Positions 1 through 13,052 of a stretch of DNA of 64,000 bases are shown here, piece after piece. The DNA is from Antedon mediterranea (lineage: Eukaryota; Animalia; Echinodermata), in contig NC_092678.1 in the NCBI RefSeq assembly GCF_964355755.1, positions 24,569,365 through 24,633,364 on the forward strand, given 5' to 3'. A program made the position numbers and the translations under genes. The notes under the pieces were generated by a model, which was not told the origin of the DNA, ran no database searches, and saw only the letters and a list, made by a program, of their open reading frames with translations. Numbering within the stretch: position 1 is the stretch's first letter; every line of letters begins with the position of its first letter.

Positions 1-320
1 ATGTCTAGTGTGACCTGAAGGACCTCTAGTGGTGACCTAAAGGATGTCTAGTGTGACCTGAAAGACCTCTAGTGGTGACCTAAAGGATGTCTAGTGTGAC
101 CTGAAGGACCTCTAGTTGTGACCTATGTCCCATTGCTAACTTGTCTATACAGCTTTCTAGCAAAGACCAATACAAAGGACCCTTGAGCTGCGACCTGTAC
201 CTTCTTAGTGGTGATATAGCTAGCTAGACCTGACCCTCCAGTGAGGGCCTAATGCACCCTCTAAAATGATTACCTGTCCGCCCTCTAGTGGTGACCTGTC
301 CACCTTCTTGTAGCGACCTA
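1..320. repeat. Degenerate ~43-bp tandem repeat (CCTCTAGTGGTGACCTAAAGGATGTCTAGTGTGACCTGAAGGA), truncated by window start
   Basis: About three near-identical units at 1-125, then decayed copies to ~320. Confidence 0.75.
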
Positions 321-1539
321 TTCTGTACAAAGCACTGTACCTAACCTAATCCTGGTTTAATATGTTTAAGATTGTACATATATTTCAGATAAAAATATGA
401 ATAAAGAATTGAAATGGGTATGAAATTTAGTCTCATTGTATCGGCTTAGTAGATATAGTTTGATGTTTGTAAATTGTACTAGAAAAAAAGAAGATCCAAG
501 GGTATAGCCTGTCGAAGGTTAAAACACACATTCAAAATACATTATAAACATACATACCACCCAAGATAATAAAATAGTGCGAATTATTCCTTCAGTATTA
601 TATCAATGAATATAGTTGCATGAGCATGTTTATTGTTGGCATTTGTTTCTTATTATCATTCAATTCCTTTGCATGTCTGAGTTCTTGTATATTGTTGCTT
701 TCAAGATAATTTTAAGTTTTCCTGCATTATATACATGTCTGTCAGTGTCCAGCATGTATGAACATTAGACAGCGAAGTGATGTAACCATATTGGATGGTC
801 ACTCCATGGAAGTAGAACTTAAGCAGTGCTTGTATTGTGCTTAACTTTCTAGTAGTTTATCTCTATACCCAACATCCAACTTATTTCTTGTATTAAAAAT
901 TATACAGATTTGCAAATAAATACATTACTAGCTCTCACTCCATCCCATAGAGATACTATTAAAGAAGAGACACTCAACTAATGGTCACACTCTATGCTGT
1001 GCTTGTGTTGTGTGGTTAACTCTCTAGTCCAACCCAACATCAACGACTCTAAACTCGTGTATAATTAATGCTCATAGAGTTTATTGTTTGGCATGTAACA
1101 CTAGCCTGTATACAAAGACTTTAATGCATTCAATACAAACACATTCAATGAAACAACTGCTTAATATAATAATTATTAAATCATAGCAAATTAAAAACAA
1201 GAGATTACTAATTTATCAAAGATATTAATTACAATTTTTTAAACTCCAATTCATTTTTTAAAAAAGTAGATTTGAAAATCATCCTAGTTTGGAAAAAAAT
1301 TAACATATTATTAAAGGAGACAAATAGAGTGAAGTATTGGTATTGTGTATAGCATATCTAAAAAATTACAAATTAACAATAACATTTGATCAGGAAGCTA
1401 AAATAAAATAGCAAGATGTAAAACAGGATTGTAAGTGGGACTATGTAGATAATCACATTTCTTGCGCATGTCCAAAATCACCAGCAGATTTGCAAAATTA
1501 ATTATTTGGTAATGTTGTACATGCCAGCCTTAAAAACCA

Positions 1540-1612
1540 GCTGACCACCCCCGCTGACTGACCACCCCTGCTTACCAACCACCCCCGCTGACCAACCACC
1601 CCCGCTGACCGT
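1540..1612. repeat. Short degenerate tandem repeat (GCTGACCA(A)CCACCCC)
   Basis: About four copies of a 16-19 bp unit downstream of the BRPF1 stop codon. Confidence 0.6.
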
Positions 1613-1887
1613 CCACAATTCAGTCAACACAATTTAAAATAATCTGTTGCTTTTAATACCTATATCTTTACACTATCCTACACAAATGTACAGTATTCTT
1701 AACATTTTATTGTTTCGCTTTAAACTCATTTTCTAAAATTGTTGCATTTTAAATAAATACACAATAATAACAAGTGTTTATTTAAATAAAAATTATCATA
1801 ATTACATATTATAACCATAACAGTGCCACCATATCTTTGGAAAGATTTAAAACGCAATTAAAAAATACGCAACCGGTCGATATTTCA

Positions 1888-4800
1888 TTATAATTCACCG
1901 ATGCTCGTGTCACTGCCGGCTGACTCTTCTGTTACGACCTCTCCCGTGACTCGCCTTCTGTGAAACAAGGCTCTGTCGTACGCTTGCCCTACAGACTTGC
2001 GTATAGTGGATGTGCGGCCTTCAGTTAACTTAGCCTGGTCTAGACCGCTATCGACACCAAGTGGTTCAAGCTTTGCTCTTGGTAGCCACTGCCTGAAAGA
2101 CAAATAATGAAAGCGGAGAATGTAAATACAGTCAACTCTCCCAATACTGGACACCTTTGGCTGGCCAAACATGTCTGGTTTTCTGGAAAGTCTGGTATTT
2201 AGAATGTGTTTTTAATGGTAAAGAAGAATTTGTGAAAAAAAAGTCTAGTTTTAAGAGAGTTTCTGGTTTTTAGAGAGTTCGGAATTAAAAGAGACTGAAG
2301 TACTGAAAAACATTGAATCTGAAGGGTGGGGGAGGGTAATTTAATTTAGACATGCTTACCATGTGCGTTTATTGTCAAAAAATAATACTAGATAGAGATG
2401 TTCATCGGCCGCTATTTTCTGATTGAGAACTTCGAGCGGAGGAACTGGAATCGGAACACCATTGTGTGTGAACCCGACTCGCGGCATCTTGGGGTTGATT
2501 ATCTACAAAAATTAACAACTTGTTAGAATTTTTTTTAAAATGCAGAGACATCTAAGTAATTAGGAAGTTTTACGTTAGTGATATTCACTAATTGCAAGAA
2601 ATAATATCTTTGCGGGACACTGGGTTGTCAAAGGCCTCAGTAAAAAAGTGGCCAGGTTGACCCCCTTGGCTACTGCACTGATTAGTCTTCAATCACCATA
2701 AATACAAACATTGTCAATAACCAAGGCTTTTGATACTTACCAGGGCCGGGTAAGAGGGGTAGCCTCGACATTTAGCCCACACAAGGTCCAGTGGGCTCAG
2801 CGGGATGTCATCTTCATCTGAAGCCCAGCTGCTGCTTCTTGTTTTGCCAGCTATAGAATAAACACTGTTGTACTAGATATCACTTTTAATACGGTAGAAT
2901 GAAGACATATGATAACATACAGGCAAGAGGCAAGTATGCATGTTTAATGTTGTTAATACTACTGTATATACTGTATAATTATTAGTATTGTTGTTGGTAT
3001 TTATACATATTTCCATTTTTATACCTTGCATGAAATTTCTAAACTGCTTTAATATTCCCTTTTGTTATTGGTGTTTGTTGAAGTTAAATTCAATGATGGT
3101 GCTGTGTTTAGCATACTGTACGTAAGCATACTGTACTTACTTACCTCTAATTAACCCAGCCCCCCTGTTAGCCCGGCTCACGGTACTCGTGCTCTCTTCA
3201 CAAGACGCCTCACCGTCGCTATCCTCGTGCATGTTTCCTTTCTTTGGCTTTTTAGTTGCACCCTCTTCACCGTTACTTGAACACGTTTCGGACGTCAGAC
3301 CATCAGACGTGCTACTCACACTTTCATCCGAGTCTGAACTACTTCGTGTACGATTAGCGTCCACTCGATACTCAAAGAAACTTAAGCCTTTTGGTTGGTC
3401 AAGCCCATTGCTTAGTTCACCGTTATTGTTCGTTGATGATTTGTGTTTTTTATCGTTCGATTTCTCCGCACTACTTGAACTTAGAGTGCGTCCTTTTTTT
3501 AAACTTCTTGGACTAACGACGGGTGACGGAAACCCTTCGCTATCGGTCTCTACATGCAATTCTCCCTCGACATATAATTTCTTGGATGGTGTTTGAGATT
3601 CGCAATCCAAGGAAAGCGACCGCTTCATGGACTTCCTACCAGGAGATTTACCCTGTTTTCTTCCGCGAGGGGAAGGCGTTACTATAGTAACAGTATGACG
3701 ACGCCCTGGTGATGTTAGTTTGGCGGGTGTTTTAGGTGACGCTATGGCATCAGTTGCTTTAGGAGATGCTATTTTGTCCGTTTGTTTGGGAGACATAGAT
3801 AGGTTTTTCTTGGCACCTGGAGATTTGCGACCAACAGGAGACTTTGGTTCTTGGAATTTTGTAAATTCTGGAATTGTAGGCGGGATGGATAGATCCTGTA
3901 CAGCATTTGCTTGACCTGATAAAGTCCGAGTCCTTCTGCTTGCTGGCGATCCTTTAGGACGCCCTCTTGCTGGTCGTCCAGGACTTGACTTACTTCGGTT
4001 TAGTATCGGTGCAGGTTTCAGTGTTGGTGGAGATGCTGGACTTTTTCTTGTTTGAAAGTCACTCAATTCATCACCTAGATTGGATAAAATTTAGTAAACA
4101 AATGTTTAGATATCTATCCATAAAGATATGCTTCTGAAAAACATGTTATGCAATTATCGTGTCTAACTGTCATGCTCACAAGCCTAAATGTTTCAGGCGC
4201 CTTGCACAGTATGAGGGAGCTTACGATTTACAATGACCGAACTATGTCATTTTAGTTCATTGTGCACATGTGGGATTATTGTGACATGTTTCTTCACCTC
4301 GACACAAGTTACCTATTAGGTATGTGGTGCGTTGTGAAAATGAAAGGACCCCAATGTCCCTACAGTAGGCAGCAGACTTAGTTACCTGATGTAATTGCTT
4401 CAGACGTGCTGTCAGCTGCTGATGTGTCGTAATCATCTTTGGTTTTGTTCGGTTTGGGTCCTCTTCTTGGCACCACTCCAGTTCGTTGCATTGTTATCTT
4501 CCGTCTAATCAGGTTGATTTCCTTACGGATTTGTTTGACACGTTTGGAGCGAGCAAGACCGCTTTTGATATTGCAGGTCATGTCGAGTTTCTCGAGGAGC
4601 GTTGTTAGCTGTTCTTCTAACGGCAGATGCTCACGATTCTCGGCACAAATTACATTATCAACTAAAAAAATTGAAAAATAAATAAATAGGTACAACCAAG
4701 ACAATAAATACAACTTACAAAATTGCAACCAAGACAATAAATGCAACTTACAAAATTGCAACCAAGACAATAAATGCAACTTACAATCGTCTAATTTCAT

Positions 4801-7800
4801 CTCTTCAACTTCTTTAATCTCCGGCGCATTCTCTGTATGCATGCCTGTACTTGGATTGTAGCCAGCCTTCTCAGCCAAGCGTTTAGCTTGCCGAATGACA
4901 GCGCCACCCTGAGATGAAATAAAAACATATACTCAAATTACTAATAAATTAATTACATTAGTCCGATTGCCTACCAATTTAACAGTTTTGGTTCAAATCT
5001 TGTGACTACGAATATCTATTGATAATCAGCATTTGACAGAAGAATAAGAGCTGTTTGGTGGCCAGATGTACGACACATAGGAACCCTTAGGAGAGAAGAA
5101 AGTTGCTACATCGTCCACAACTCTGCATATTATAGTGAAAGTTGTATGTGATGAGAGAAGTTGTCATCCACAATTGTGCGTAGTTCTGTCCAGCAGGTTA
5201 TTCCCCAACATTCACCCGGATGATAACTTACTTGGTCTCTCATCTTTACAGCATCTCTATAGAAGACCGTTTCTTTACCGTTATACAACATACAATTATC
5301 TATCATCTGCTCAAAGTCAGATTCAAGGTCGGTTACGGAACGGTATTTGTGACCGTCTAGCTTCTTATGCATGCTTCGAAAGTCCATAGGTTTTTTAATG
5401 ACATCATAATAATCTGGTGCCTACAAAAAGATGGAGATTGATTGTTAAAATGTGCATTTGTTAAAACATGTAGTACTAAGTACAGATATTTCCCAATTTA
5501 GATCTAGATATGCTGTAACTGTATATTGCTCAGGTAGGCAGATATAACAATTTCCATCCTTGGATCAGTGGTCATATGATAGCATTACGACCAATCACTT
5601 TCACATATTTACGTAGGCTATGTAATGTAAACAACTGTACCTCCTCAACAGTAACAGGCTCAGCGAATATACTGTGTATATCTCGTTCTTGTAGTTGAGT
5701 TAACGTTGACGTTAAAATCACGTTTAATGGTTTCAATTGAAGTTCAAATACCCTCTGACTTAATTTTAACTGAAAAAGAATGTAAAAATTGATTACTAAT
5801 ACAATGTATAAGTATGTTACTTCAGATGTACAGCTCTGTGGTTGTTATTCTATAACCCCCTCCTCAAAACATTAACCTTTGACCCACTTACATGCTCTTT
5901 CTTGAGTTTTTCACGTTTTCGTATCAACTCAACCAGTAGTCTTGCCCGTTCCAGGTCATGACGTAGACGTTGCCAATATTTCAGATGCTCTTTTAATTTC
6001 GTTACTTTTTTGTCTTCAACCTGTGAAAAAACAACAATTATAATTTTTCATTTTCATTTCTTTTTTGCCTGAATTCTTTTGTACATCCAACCAACCAAAA
6101 TTTGTTTCAAAGTTTGACCGCACTTACTGGATCCTTAGTCTTGTGTGATTGGTGATGGGCCTGTAACCGTCGTAGGAGAGACACTCCATTACGTGACTGT
6201 CTCTTCAGCGTCCAGTAGGCTAGCAACCTCTGCATAAACTGCTGCTTTTTAGCTACGTTCACTTTGGCAGTAATTTTAGATATCCTAAATCAAGACACAA
6301 GTAAAGCTTTATGTGACAAAAAAATGTGGACATGTCATATATCATATTTGAGCATATCACTACCATATTTGGTATCACAGGTAAGACAGAGCTTAATTCA
6401 AAGTGATAAATGTTTGTTTAATAGCATATCTTTATCAGTGTTTGTTTGGCTATAAAGAGTTTTTTAAATAGTAATTTTTCATTTCACAATTTACCTTTTT
6501 GGTGGAATGCATGGAATAGACACAACAGGCATAGCTGATCTCTTCTCTGCCAAGATTTTTCTAGCTTTCCTCATATTTTTGCGAGACTGTGCTTTAGCTT
6601 TCTTAGCAGACCAGCCTTTACCCTTTCCACTCACTTCTTCATTAACGGGTGATTTTTCTTTTCTCATTATCGGTTTCTTTTCCACCCCTGCCGGTGTGTG
6701 AATGTCACAGAAAGCCGCTTTGCGAATACTTATAGATGTACCGTTGACGCCCGCTTCGCGAACTGGTTCCATCTTCATAAAAAGACTAGCTTGCTGTGCA
6801 CACGTAACATGAAAAGCAGTATAGCAGTTGGCTTTGTGGCACTGAATACACGCGCCTACGTTTCGCTGTTTACATATATAACAAGTCAATTTCCAACGTG
6901 CTGCTGGAATGTGATCAATACCGTCGATCGGTTCTAGAAAGACTGTATTTGCAAAGCCCACTTCTGGGATCCATAACGCACAGACGACGTGAGCCCACCG
7001 GCCGTCATCGGTCTGCTTGAATGCAGCACCTTTGTTTGGGCACAATACGCAATCAACAGCACGAGAGGGAGACTGTAAGCACCTTCTACAAAGCCACTGA
7101 CCTTCGGGAATGTAGGGTACTCCGTAGCATTCCTGGTGCACGGCTAAATTACACATATCACAAAATAAAATAACGTTACTGTTTTGGCATTCTCCGTCTT
7201 GACATATGCTACAGACAGCATCTTCATCTATTAGAGTATTTGAATCAGTCTTTCCTGACGCTTGGCTTTGGAAGTAAGATTCCTTTTCAAGTCTATCCAT
7301 CAGGATTTCAAATATTTCTTGCGAAACGGCTGCATGGCCATCTTTTTTACGTTTTTCATTAATCATATCAAGCCATGCATAGTCTTCTTCGTCCATGTCA
7401 TACTCAATATCATCGTCAAGTTCTTCTCTCGACTTCTCAATAAAACGAAAGTACGCAACTCCGCGCTTCGGAGCATCAGGTATTTCATCATAGTCTTTCA
7501 TTAGTTTGTAAGATGCCTCTGGTAGCTTTGATGGTACCGGAGGACATGTTGGTTCCTTTCGTAGTTTCACTGACTCTTTACCTTTGACCTTTCCACTTTT
7601 AACCTTTGGCGTTTTCGTTGGTGTTTTTTCATGTTTTTCTTGTTCCTCGTTCTCTTCATTTTCAAATTCATCTTCCGTAACGACATCGATATAATCAAAA
7701 ATATCTAGCCGGTACACGTGACCTTTGATGTCGACCTCTACAAGACGCTGGGCCTGTGCGTAAGTTAAAGCTTCACGCTGGGGAGAACGAACAAACATCG

Positions 7801-8059
7801 GAGAGGGCGATCTTCTTTGCACTGTGCCTCCACCGCGACTCTTCCTCCATGATCCTCGCTTGACTGGGGTTGTGTAGCCATTGTTGCCGGCGGGATTGTT
7901 GTGATCATAATTGTACAGATGGTATTCCATACCCTGGAGGCTTTTGTAGATTTTTCCGCATTCCTTTATGGGGCATTCGTAAGGTGGTTTAGTGGCACGA
8001 AGGTTCTCGCAGAATGTTTTTACGTCAAACTCTATCATTGGCATTATCGAGGGTCGCAT
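1888..8059 (-). CDS. BRPF1: Peregrin / bromodomain and PHD finger-containing protein 1 (~1318 aa, 11 coding exons)
   Basis: Exons on -: 8059-6495, 6284-6128, 6020-5892, 5769-5641, 5420-5232, 4908-4785, 4661-4386, 4074-3145, 2850-2741, 2502-2360, 2092-1888. All are GT-AG and phases sum to 3957 nt. Domains: [20 protein letters not shown]...H C2H2 finger (BRPF1-type N-terminus), EPC-like YDMDEED, PHD-Zn knuckle-PHD ([45 protein letters not shown]), bromodomain ([25 protein letters not shown]), C-terminal PWWP ([30 protein letters not shown]). Confidence 0.96.
2126..2306. mobile_element. Decayed Tc1/mariner-type MITE remnant in last BRPF1 intron
   Basis: Begins TA-CAGTCAACTCTC, has internal TCTGGT(T/A)TT repeats, ends near ...GAGACTGAAGTACTG. 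Confidence 0.4.
4686..4784 (-). repeat. 33-bp tandem repeat x3, each unit starting with a GTAAGT splice donor (BRPF1 intron 4662-4784)
   Basis: Minus strand: GTAAGTTGCATTTATTGTCTTGGTTGCAATTTT x2 plus a third variant copy. Confidence 0.85.
6301..6400. mobile_element. MITE family A copy (decayed), BRPF1 intron
   Basis: TGTGACAAAAAAATGTG...CATATCACTACCATATTTGG...AGACAGAGCTT, shared with the other family A copies. Confidence 0.65.
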
Positions 8060-8206
8060 TGGGATGTGTGCGAATAAAGTTTGTCTCGGCTAGCCTGCTC
8101 TATCGAGAATAAAGTATATCTCGGCTAGCCTGGTCTAACTATTCACTTCAGCAATGGTCATGGTAGAACCTGTAAAACAAAAAAAAGATGGTTAAGTAGT
8201 GTGGTG

Positions 8207-8275
8207 ATGTGTGGCTTGGTGGTTAAGATGCTTGCCTATCACTACAAGGGTCCTGGGTTCAAATCCAACCGGATG
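8207..8275 (+). mobile_element. tRNA-derived SINE head / tRNA-like pseudogene
   Basis: A-box-like TGGCTTGGTGG and B-box GGTTCAAATCC at tRNA-like spacing; no clean acceptor stem. Confidence 0.6.
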
Positions 8276-9218
8276 ATATTACATTAGGACTTTTTCATGC
8301 AAAAACAAAAATTATTTTTATGTAAAATAATCTGTCTAGAATATAATATATACTTGACTGGCTGATTGTGTATTTTTCCATTCAAGCTCAAATTATAAAT
8401 ACCAGGTTTGATTTTAATTGATAAAGCACAATTTTCAAATATTAATAATAATTTTAATATTTTACTATATAAATAATATTGATTGATCCAAAGGAAAAGA
8501 TAGACGGAAACAATAATATTAATTAATAATTATTCAATAATTTATTTTTTGAAATCATTATTTATTTATATATACAGTACAATTTAAATTCTAATATCTT
8601 TTTTTGGATAAAATTTAGATTTTTGTAAATAAATTAATCTAATTAAAATATTCATTAGCTGATAAAATAACGGAATGAAGGCTTCTCATTCGTTTGTATT
8701 TGACCCGGAAGTGCTTTCCATCTAGGCATTCTTATTTATTTCCAGTACAGCTGATTAGACTAGCTTCATTCATTAACATTCAACCACACGAAATCGGCAG
8801 TCTATTTTAATTTTTACAGTAAATTAATGTTTTATTCAAGCAAAAAACGCGAGAATAGTTAAAAAATTATCCCTGGAAAGCAAATCCATCACCCCGTTTA
8901 CAAATGACCTTTTAGTAAACGGCTTTGAATGACAAGAATTCGATACACACACGCAGACGTACTTCGAATAGCTTCAGCGCGTAATGAATATTCAACAACC
9001 ATCATAATGGCAAACGTGATGAGTTTCGTGGTGGCGGGTGGTGAGCTATCGTAGCAAGTAAATGATCCAGATAAATTAAGCCTAATTACAGCTTTTGGGG
9101 AGGAGTCTTGACATAATATAAACGTAGTGGCCATAAACATAACATTATCTATCAGAACATTACTATTGTTTGTACAATAGCACTTCCAAATATTGAATAT
9201 TCACGAAGAATAGCTTAC

Positions 9219-9580
9219 CCATGCAATTCGGCGGCAGTGCTTCGCTTATAAAAAGCGGCCGTTTTGCAGGGAAAGCCGAGTTGAACAAAAGATGAACGCA
9301 CCAACAATTGCCTCAAAGAAATCCAAATTAAAACGGTTTTAAAAAAGGTAAAGCTTTCTCATAGAAGTTCGATAAATGTCCTTACAGCTCCACCTTGTTA
9401 GAATTCCATTAATCAACAACTATCAAGCAGAATTTACGATCATTTTTCGTCCCAATTTTAGGTCAGTACAACAAGCGGATATAGACGTTCGTTTAGAATC
9501 CAAAGGTGACCTCTCAGCTTCCTGAAAAATAACATTTTTGTTATAGCGCCATCTATTTATATTTCACGTGATCTCTCTTT
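9219..9580 (-). promoter_or_regulatory. Putative non-coding first exon and promoter of BRPF1
   Basis: GG|GTAAGC donor at 9218 pairs with the TTTTACAG acceptor at 8170. The region is CpG-containing with an E-box TCACGTGA near 9564. Confidence 0.45.
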
Positions 9581-10056
9581 TTCTCTCTCTTTACTCAAAG
9601 TTTTTATTAAGTCGGCTGACATTTGGTTGGGGTTGGTTGTCTGTTGTTTATGCTTGAAAAAGACTTTTTGAAAGAAATATATTAACCCCTTACGGAGGTA
9701 AATATACTCATTTTTATTCGCTATATTTAAACTAAATACAAATTTTTTATGGACAAGCAGGGTTCCAGGGGACTAAACCACCTATTCTATAGGCCTAGGC
9801 CTAGCCTATCTATCTGAAATAAAGCTAGACGACAGCAGGCAGGGGCCATGCCTCACTACACTTTGAGTCTAGCTGGAGCGAATCGACTACGCTATAGCTA
9901 GCATGCAATTTATATTTGATTCGTTTCTTTAGTATGTGAGTTTATATGGCAACAAGGCATTAATTTGAGGATGTGAGATGAGCTACTATGATACAGATGT
10001 CCAAACCCCACTGTTTGGTGAGCCTCAAACTCGGGTAAGTTTTTTTTATATATATG

Positions 10057-10865
10057 TGTTATGCGCGATTTGAACGATTTGCGCAATTTGAAATTGCGCA
10101 AAAAAATCCTTGCGCAATTTGAAATTGCGCAAAGAATTCTTGCGCAATTTAAAATTGCGCAAGGATTTTTTTGCGCAATTTCAAATTGCGCAATCAACTT
10201 GCGCAATTTCAAATTGCGCAAGAAAATCTTTGCGCAATTTTAAATTGCGCTGCACAATTTGTAAATTGCGCAAGATAGTTCTTGCGCAATATGACACCTT
10301 TGCGCAATTTGAAAACGAACTGTAAATTTTCCCATACATGGCTAGGCTAGGCCTAGGCAGAGGAGTTTAAAATTTAGTATTTTATTATATAAATAAGACC
10401 ATTTCAATGAAGATAATGTTTAATACTCACTTTTTAAGTTTTTAATATTAGTTTAAGCTAGGCCATGTAACCTAGTCAGTATCAGTAGTCCAGACCCTAG
10501 CTAGGCTAGAGTAGGCCTAGTATAGCCGGCCGCCCGCGCCGCGCCCGCCTGGTGGAACACCACCGCTTCGTTTTCCTTCGTCGGTTCTTCGACGGTATGC
10601 TAACTTATAACAATATTTGCACTACTAAAATAAGGAAATGTGATATTTATCTTTAATTTTGAATCATTCTTAGAAATTAAATACTATAAAAATATGGGTG
10701 TGCATGATTTCACAATCTGTCGAAAAACCTTGCGCAATTTGCAGATTACTTGCGCAATTTAATACGTTGCTTGCGCAATTTGAAACACATGTTTCAATTC
10801 AAATTGCGCAAGGATTTTTTTTGCGCAATTTCAAATTGCGCAAATCGTTCAAATCGCGCATAACA
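10057..10865. mobile_element. ~810-bp MITE/foldback element with ~65-bp TIRs and about 20 TTGCGCAA palindromes
   Basis: TGTTATGCGCGATTTGAACGATTTGCGCAATTTGAAATTGCGCAA at 10057 is the reverse complement of the sequence ending at 10865; subterminal arrays at 10079-10310 and 10730-10843. Confidence 0.85.
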
Positions 10866-10869
10866 TATC

Positions 10870-11291
10870 CAAAGAACTTATAACACAAGAATCTCCTGTT
10901 CGTCCGAAGCGCGGAACAATTTCGAAAGGCATTGTGGGATAGAATAGAGCTATGGGTGGCGCCATTGTGAGCCATGGAGTAGGGCGCCCGCATCAAATTA
11001 GAAAGTCAAAATCATAGAGGGGATCTGCTAATGCTCTAGGGGGGATAGAGTAATTGACTGAGGAGTAGGGCGCCCGCATCAAATTAGAAAGTCAAAATCA
11101 TAGAGGGGATCTGCTAATACTCTAGGGGGGGGGGGGGGGTGGGTAGAGTAATTGACTTCCTAGTTTGGAGGGGGCGCTGCTCCATGCTGTGAAATGGCGT
11201 CGCCCAGTTTGACCTTTTAACCCTGTACTTCCGATACTGTGTTTTGAATGCAAATTGAAGAACAGGAGATTCTTGTGTTATAAGTTCTTTG
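10870..11291. mobile_element. ~420-bp MITE with 32-bp perfect TIRs and an internal ~85-bp tandem duplication
   Basis: CAAAGAACTTATAACACAAGAATCTCCTGTTC at 10870-10901 and its reverse complement at 11260-11291; GGAGTAGGGCGCCCGCATCAAATTAG... occurs at ~10976 and ~11062. Confidence 0.85.
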
Positions 11292-11949
11292 ATATATCCC
11301 ATAATAAATAATATATGCCTAGGCCTAATCATTATTTTTATTATAATATTATGAGTGCATAAATACGAATAATAATAAATAAAGGCTGCCAGACAGATAT
11401 TTTTTTTATTTTAATGAAGAATTAAATCATAATTTATATATAAATCTTTTTTGTTATTTACAGGACAGGGCAGTAAATTTAGCCCTTGGAGTTGTAACTG
11501 GAGTTGCAGTTCTTGTAAGTTTTTATTGTATTTATTGGGTGTGGTGGTCCGTAAGAGTAAGAGTAGGTCATTTTCATAACCTACTGTAGAGCCAACAAGG
11601 CTATTGAGTCGTCGTAGTGAAGTGGTATGTGTTGTCAAAAACAATATCTCCCTCTACAAGGAAGATATTTGTATCTCATATTCTGAGAGGGTAGGCAGTA
11701 TCATCATAAGACAGGATGATAATTGCTATACATATGTTTTGATAACCCACTAAAAAACAGATGAAGTTTTGAAATACTTAGTCTAAATTATAATTTTTTT
11801 TCCAGGTAACATTAGTAAGTGCAATTGTGTATCCATGGCCACCATTAGGCATCAACATCTACTTGGCAGTGGTGATTGTATGTATCTGCATTGGAAATAT
11901 GATTTTGGTAAGCATTATTAATAAAATTCTTTTAAACTTCAATCTAATG

Positions 11950-12192
11950 TCCTGCCAGCAACTGCTACCTGTACCTTCCTTGCTGTCACCAAGCAGCAAC
12001 TGCCACCGTTATGGCAGAAATTGCTACCATCCTGCAGCCGCTGCTTTCAACAAGCAGAAACTGCCACCATCCTGCCAGCAACCTCTGGCAGGACGGCAGC
12101 CATTGCTACCTTCCTGCAGCCACTGCTACCTTCCTGCAGCCATTGCTGTTGTCAAGCAGCAACTGCTACCTTCCTGCAGCCACTGCTGCCAT
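11950..12192. repeat. Degenerate CTGC(C/T)ACC(A/T)TCCTGCAGCC low-complexity tandem repeat
   Basis: Repeated CTGCTACCTTCCTGCAGCC units; explains three overlapping spurious ORFs. Confidence 0.65.
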
Positions 12193-13052
12193 CTTTGAGT
12201 TTTATTTGTGTAAATCAAGATTCTAAATGAAAACTAAAACTTTGTTTGTACTGTACTTGTTTTTTAAAGTATAAATGACTTGTGTACATACAGCGTGTTG
12301 TGAGACAGAAACAAGGCCAACACAAGGCACAAATAAAGTTTAATAGCCTGGCTATTATATTAGTGATTTGATTGAGTTAGTGGATAGAACTATTAGAAAT
12401 GTATCAGTGAAAATTAAAACAATTCTACGTTTTGTAATCTATGTTTTCTGTAGTAATTATAGTAGATATACTGTAGTTCTATTATGATTTAAAATCATGC
12501 GTTTATAACAACAAATCATATTTTTTTAATGCTTTTGCATTGAGTTTCATAGCCATTCATTGTGTTTAAAATAAAAACCTAAAAGCTATAGAATAGTTTA
12601 ACACATAGACAGTTTAAACACCAAACACTTTAATATATATCCAAGGCAAGTTTGGCACAAAAATTAAAATGATATTGTCGACAATGCTCTGTTTTCAGAA
12701 TCTATTTTTAGATATAAGACCTTAACAATGACCTCAAGTCTTGTTCTGCTTCTAGTCTTCTTCTCCTCTATTCTCTGATTCATTCTGATATTCTGCTATT
12801 TCTTCTACAGATTTATTGGTATCGCAAGGGTGATGTTGACCCTAAGTTCCGCTCACTCATCTATTTCAATGCGTTCACATTGGTTCTCTTATGCATCAGT
12901 GCTAACCTTTATTTTCATGAACTTAAGTTCTAAATTAAGTACACTGTTTATCCCACGTCCATACTAACATTACTGTACAAATTCAGATAATGATAAGTTT
13001 GATCTTGGATTTTAAACTTTTCTTCTACAAATACTTTTGATGGAACGTCATT

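Noticed and set aside
3189-3914. Plus-strand ORFs overlapping BRPF1 exons (similar cases inside the GPCR, Kazal and sulfotransferase genes)
   Set aside because: Antisense or alternate-frame shadows of real coding exons with no recognisable motifs.
8207-8275. Functional tRNA gene (also 13053-13115)
   Set aside because: A and B boxes are present but acceptor and anticodon stems do not pair well; treated as SINE heads.
9910-10996. Several NLKLRK / AQFEIAQ ORFs
   Set aside because: Products of the palindromic TTGCGCAA arrays in a MITE.
11827-12230. 123-aa ORF with a hydrophobic start
   Set aside because: No ATG at the called start, low-complexity repeat body, and open in three frames because of the repeat.
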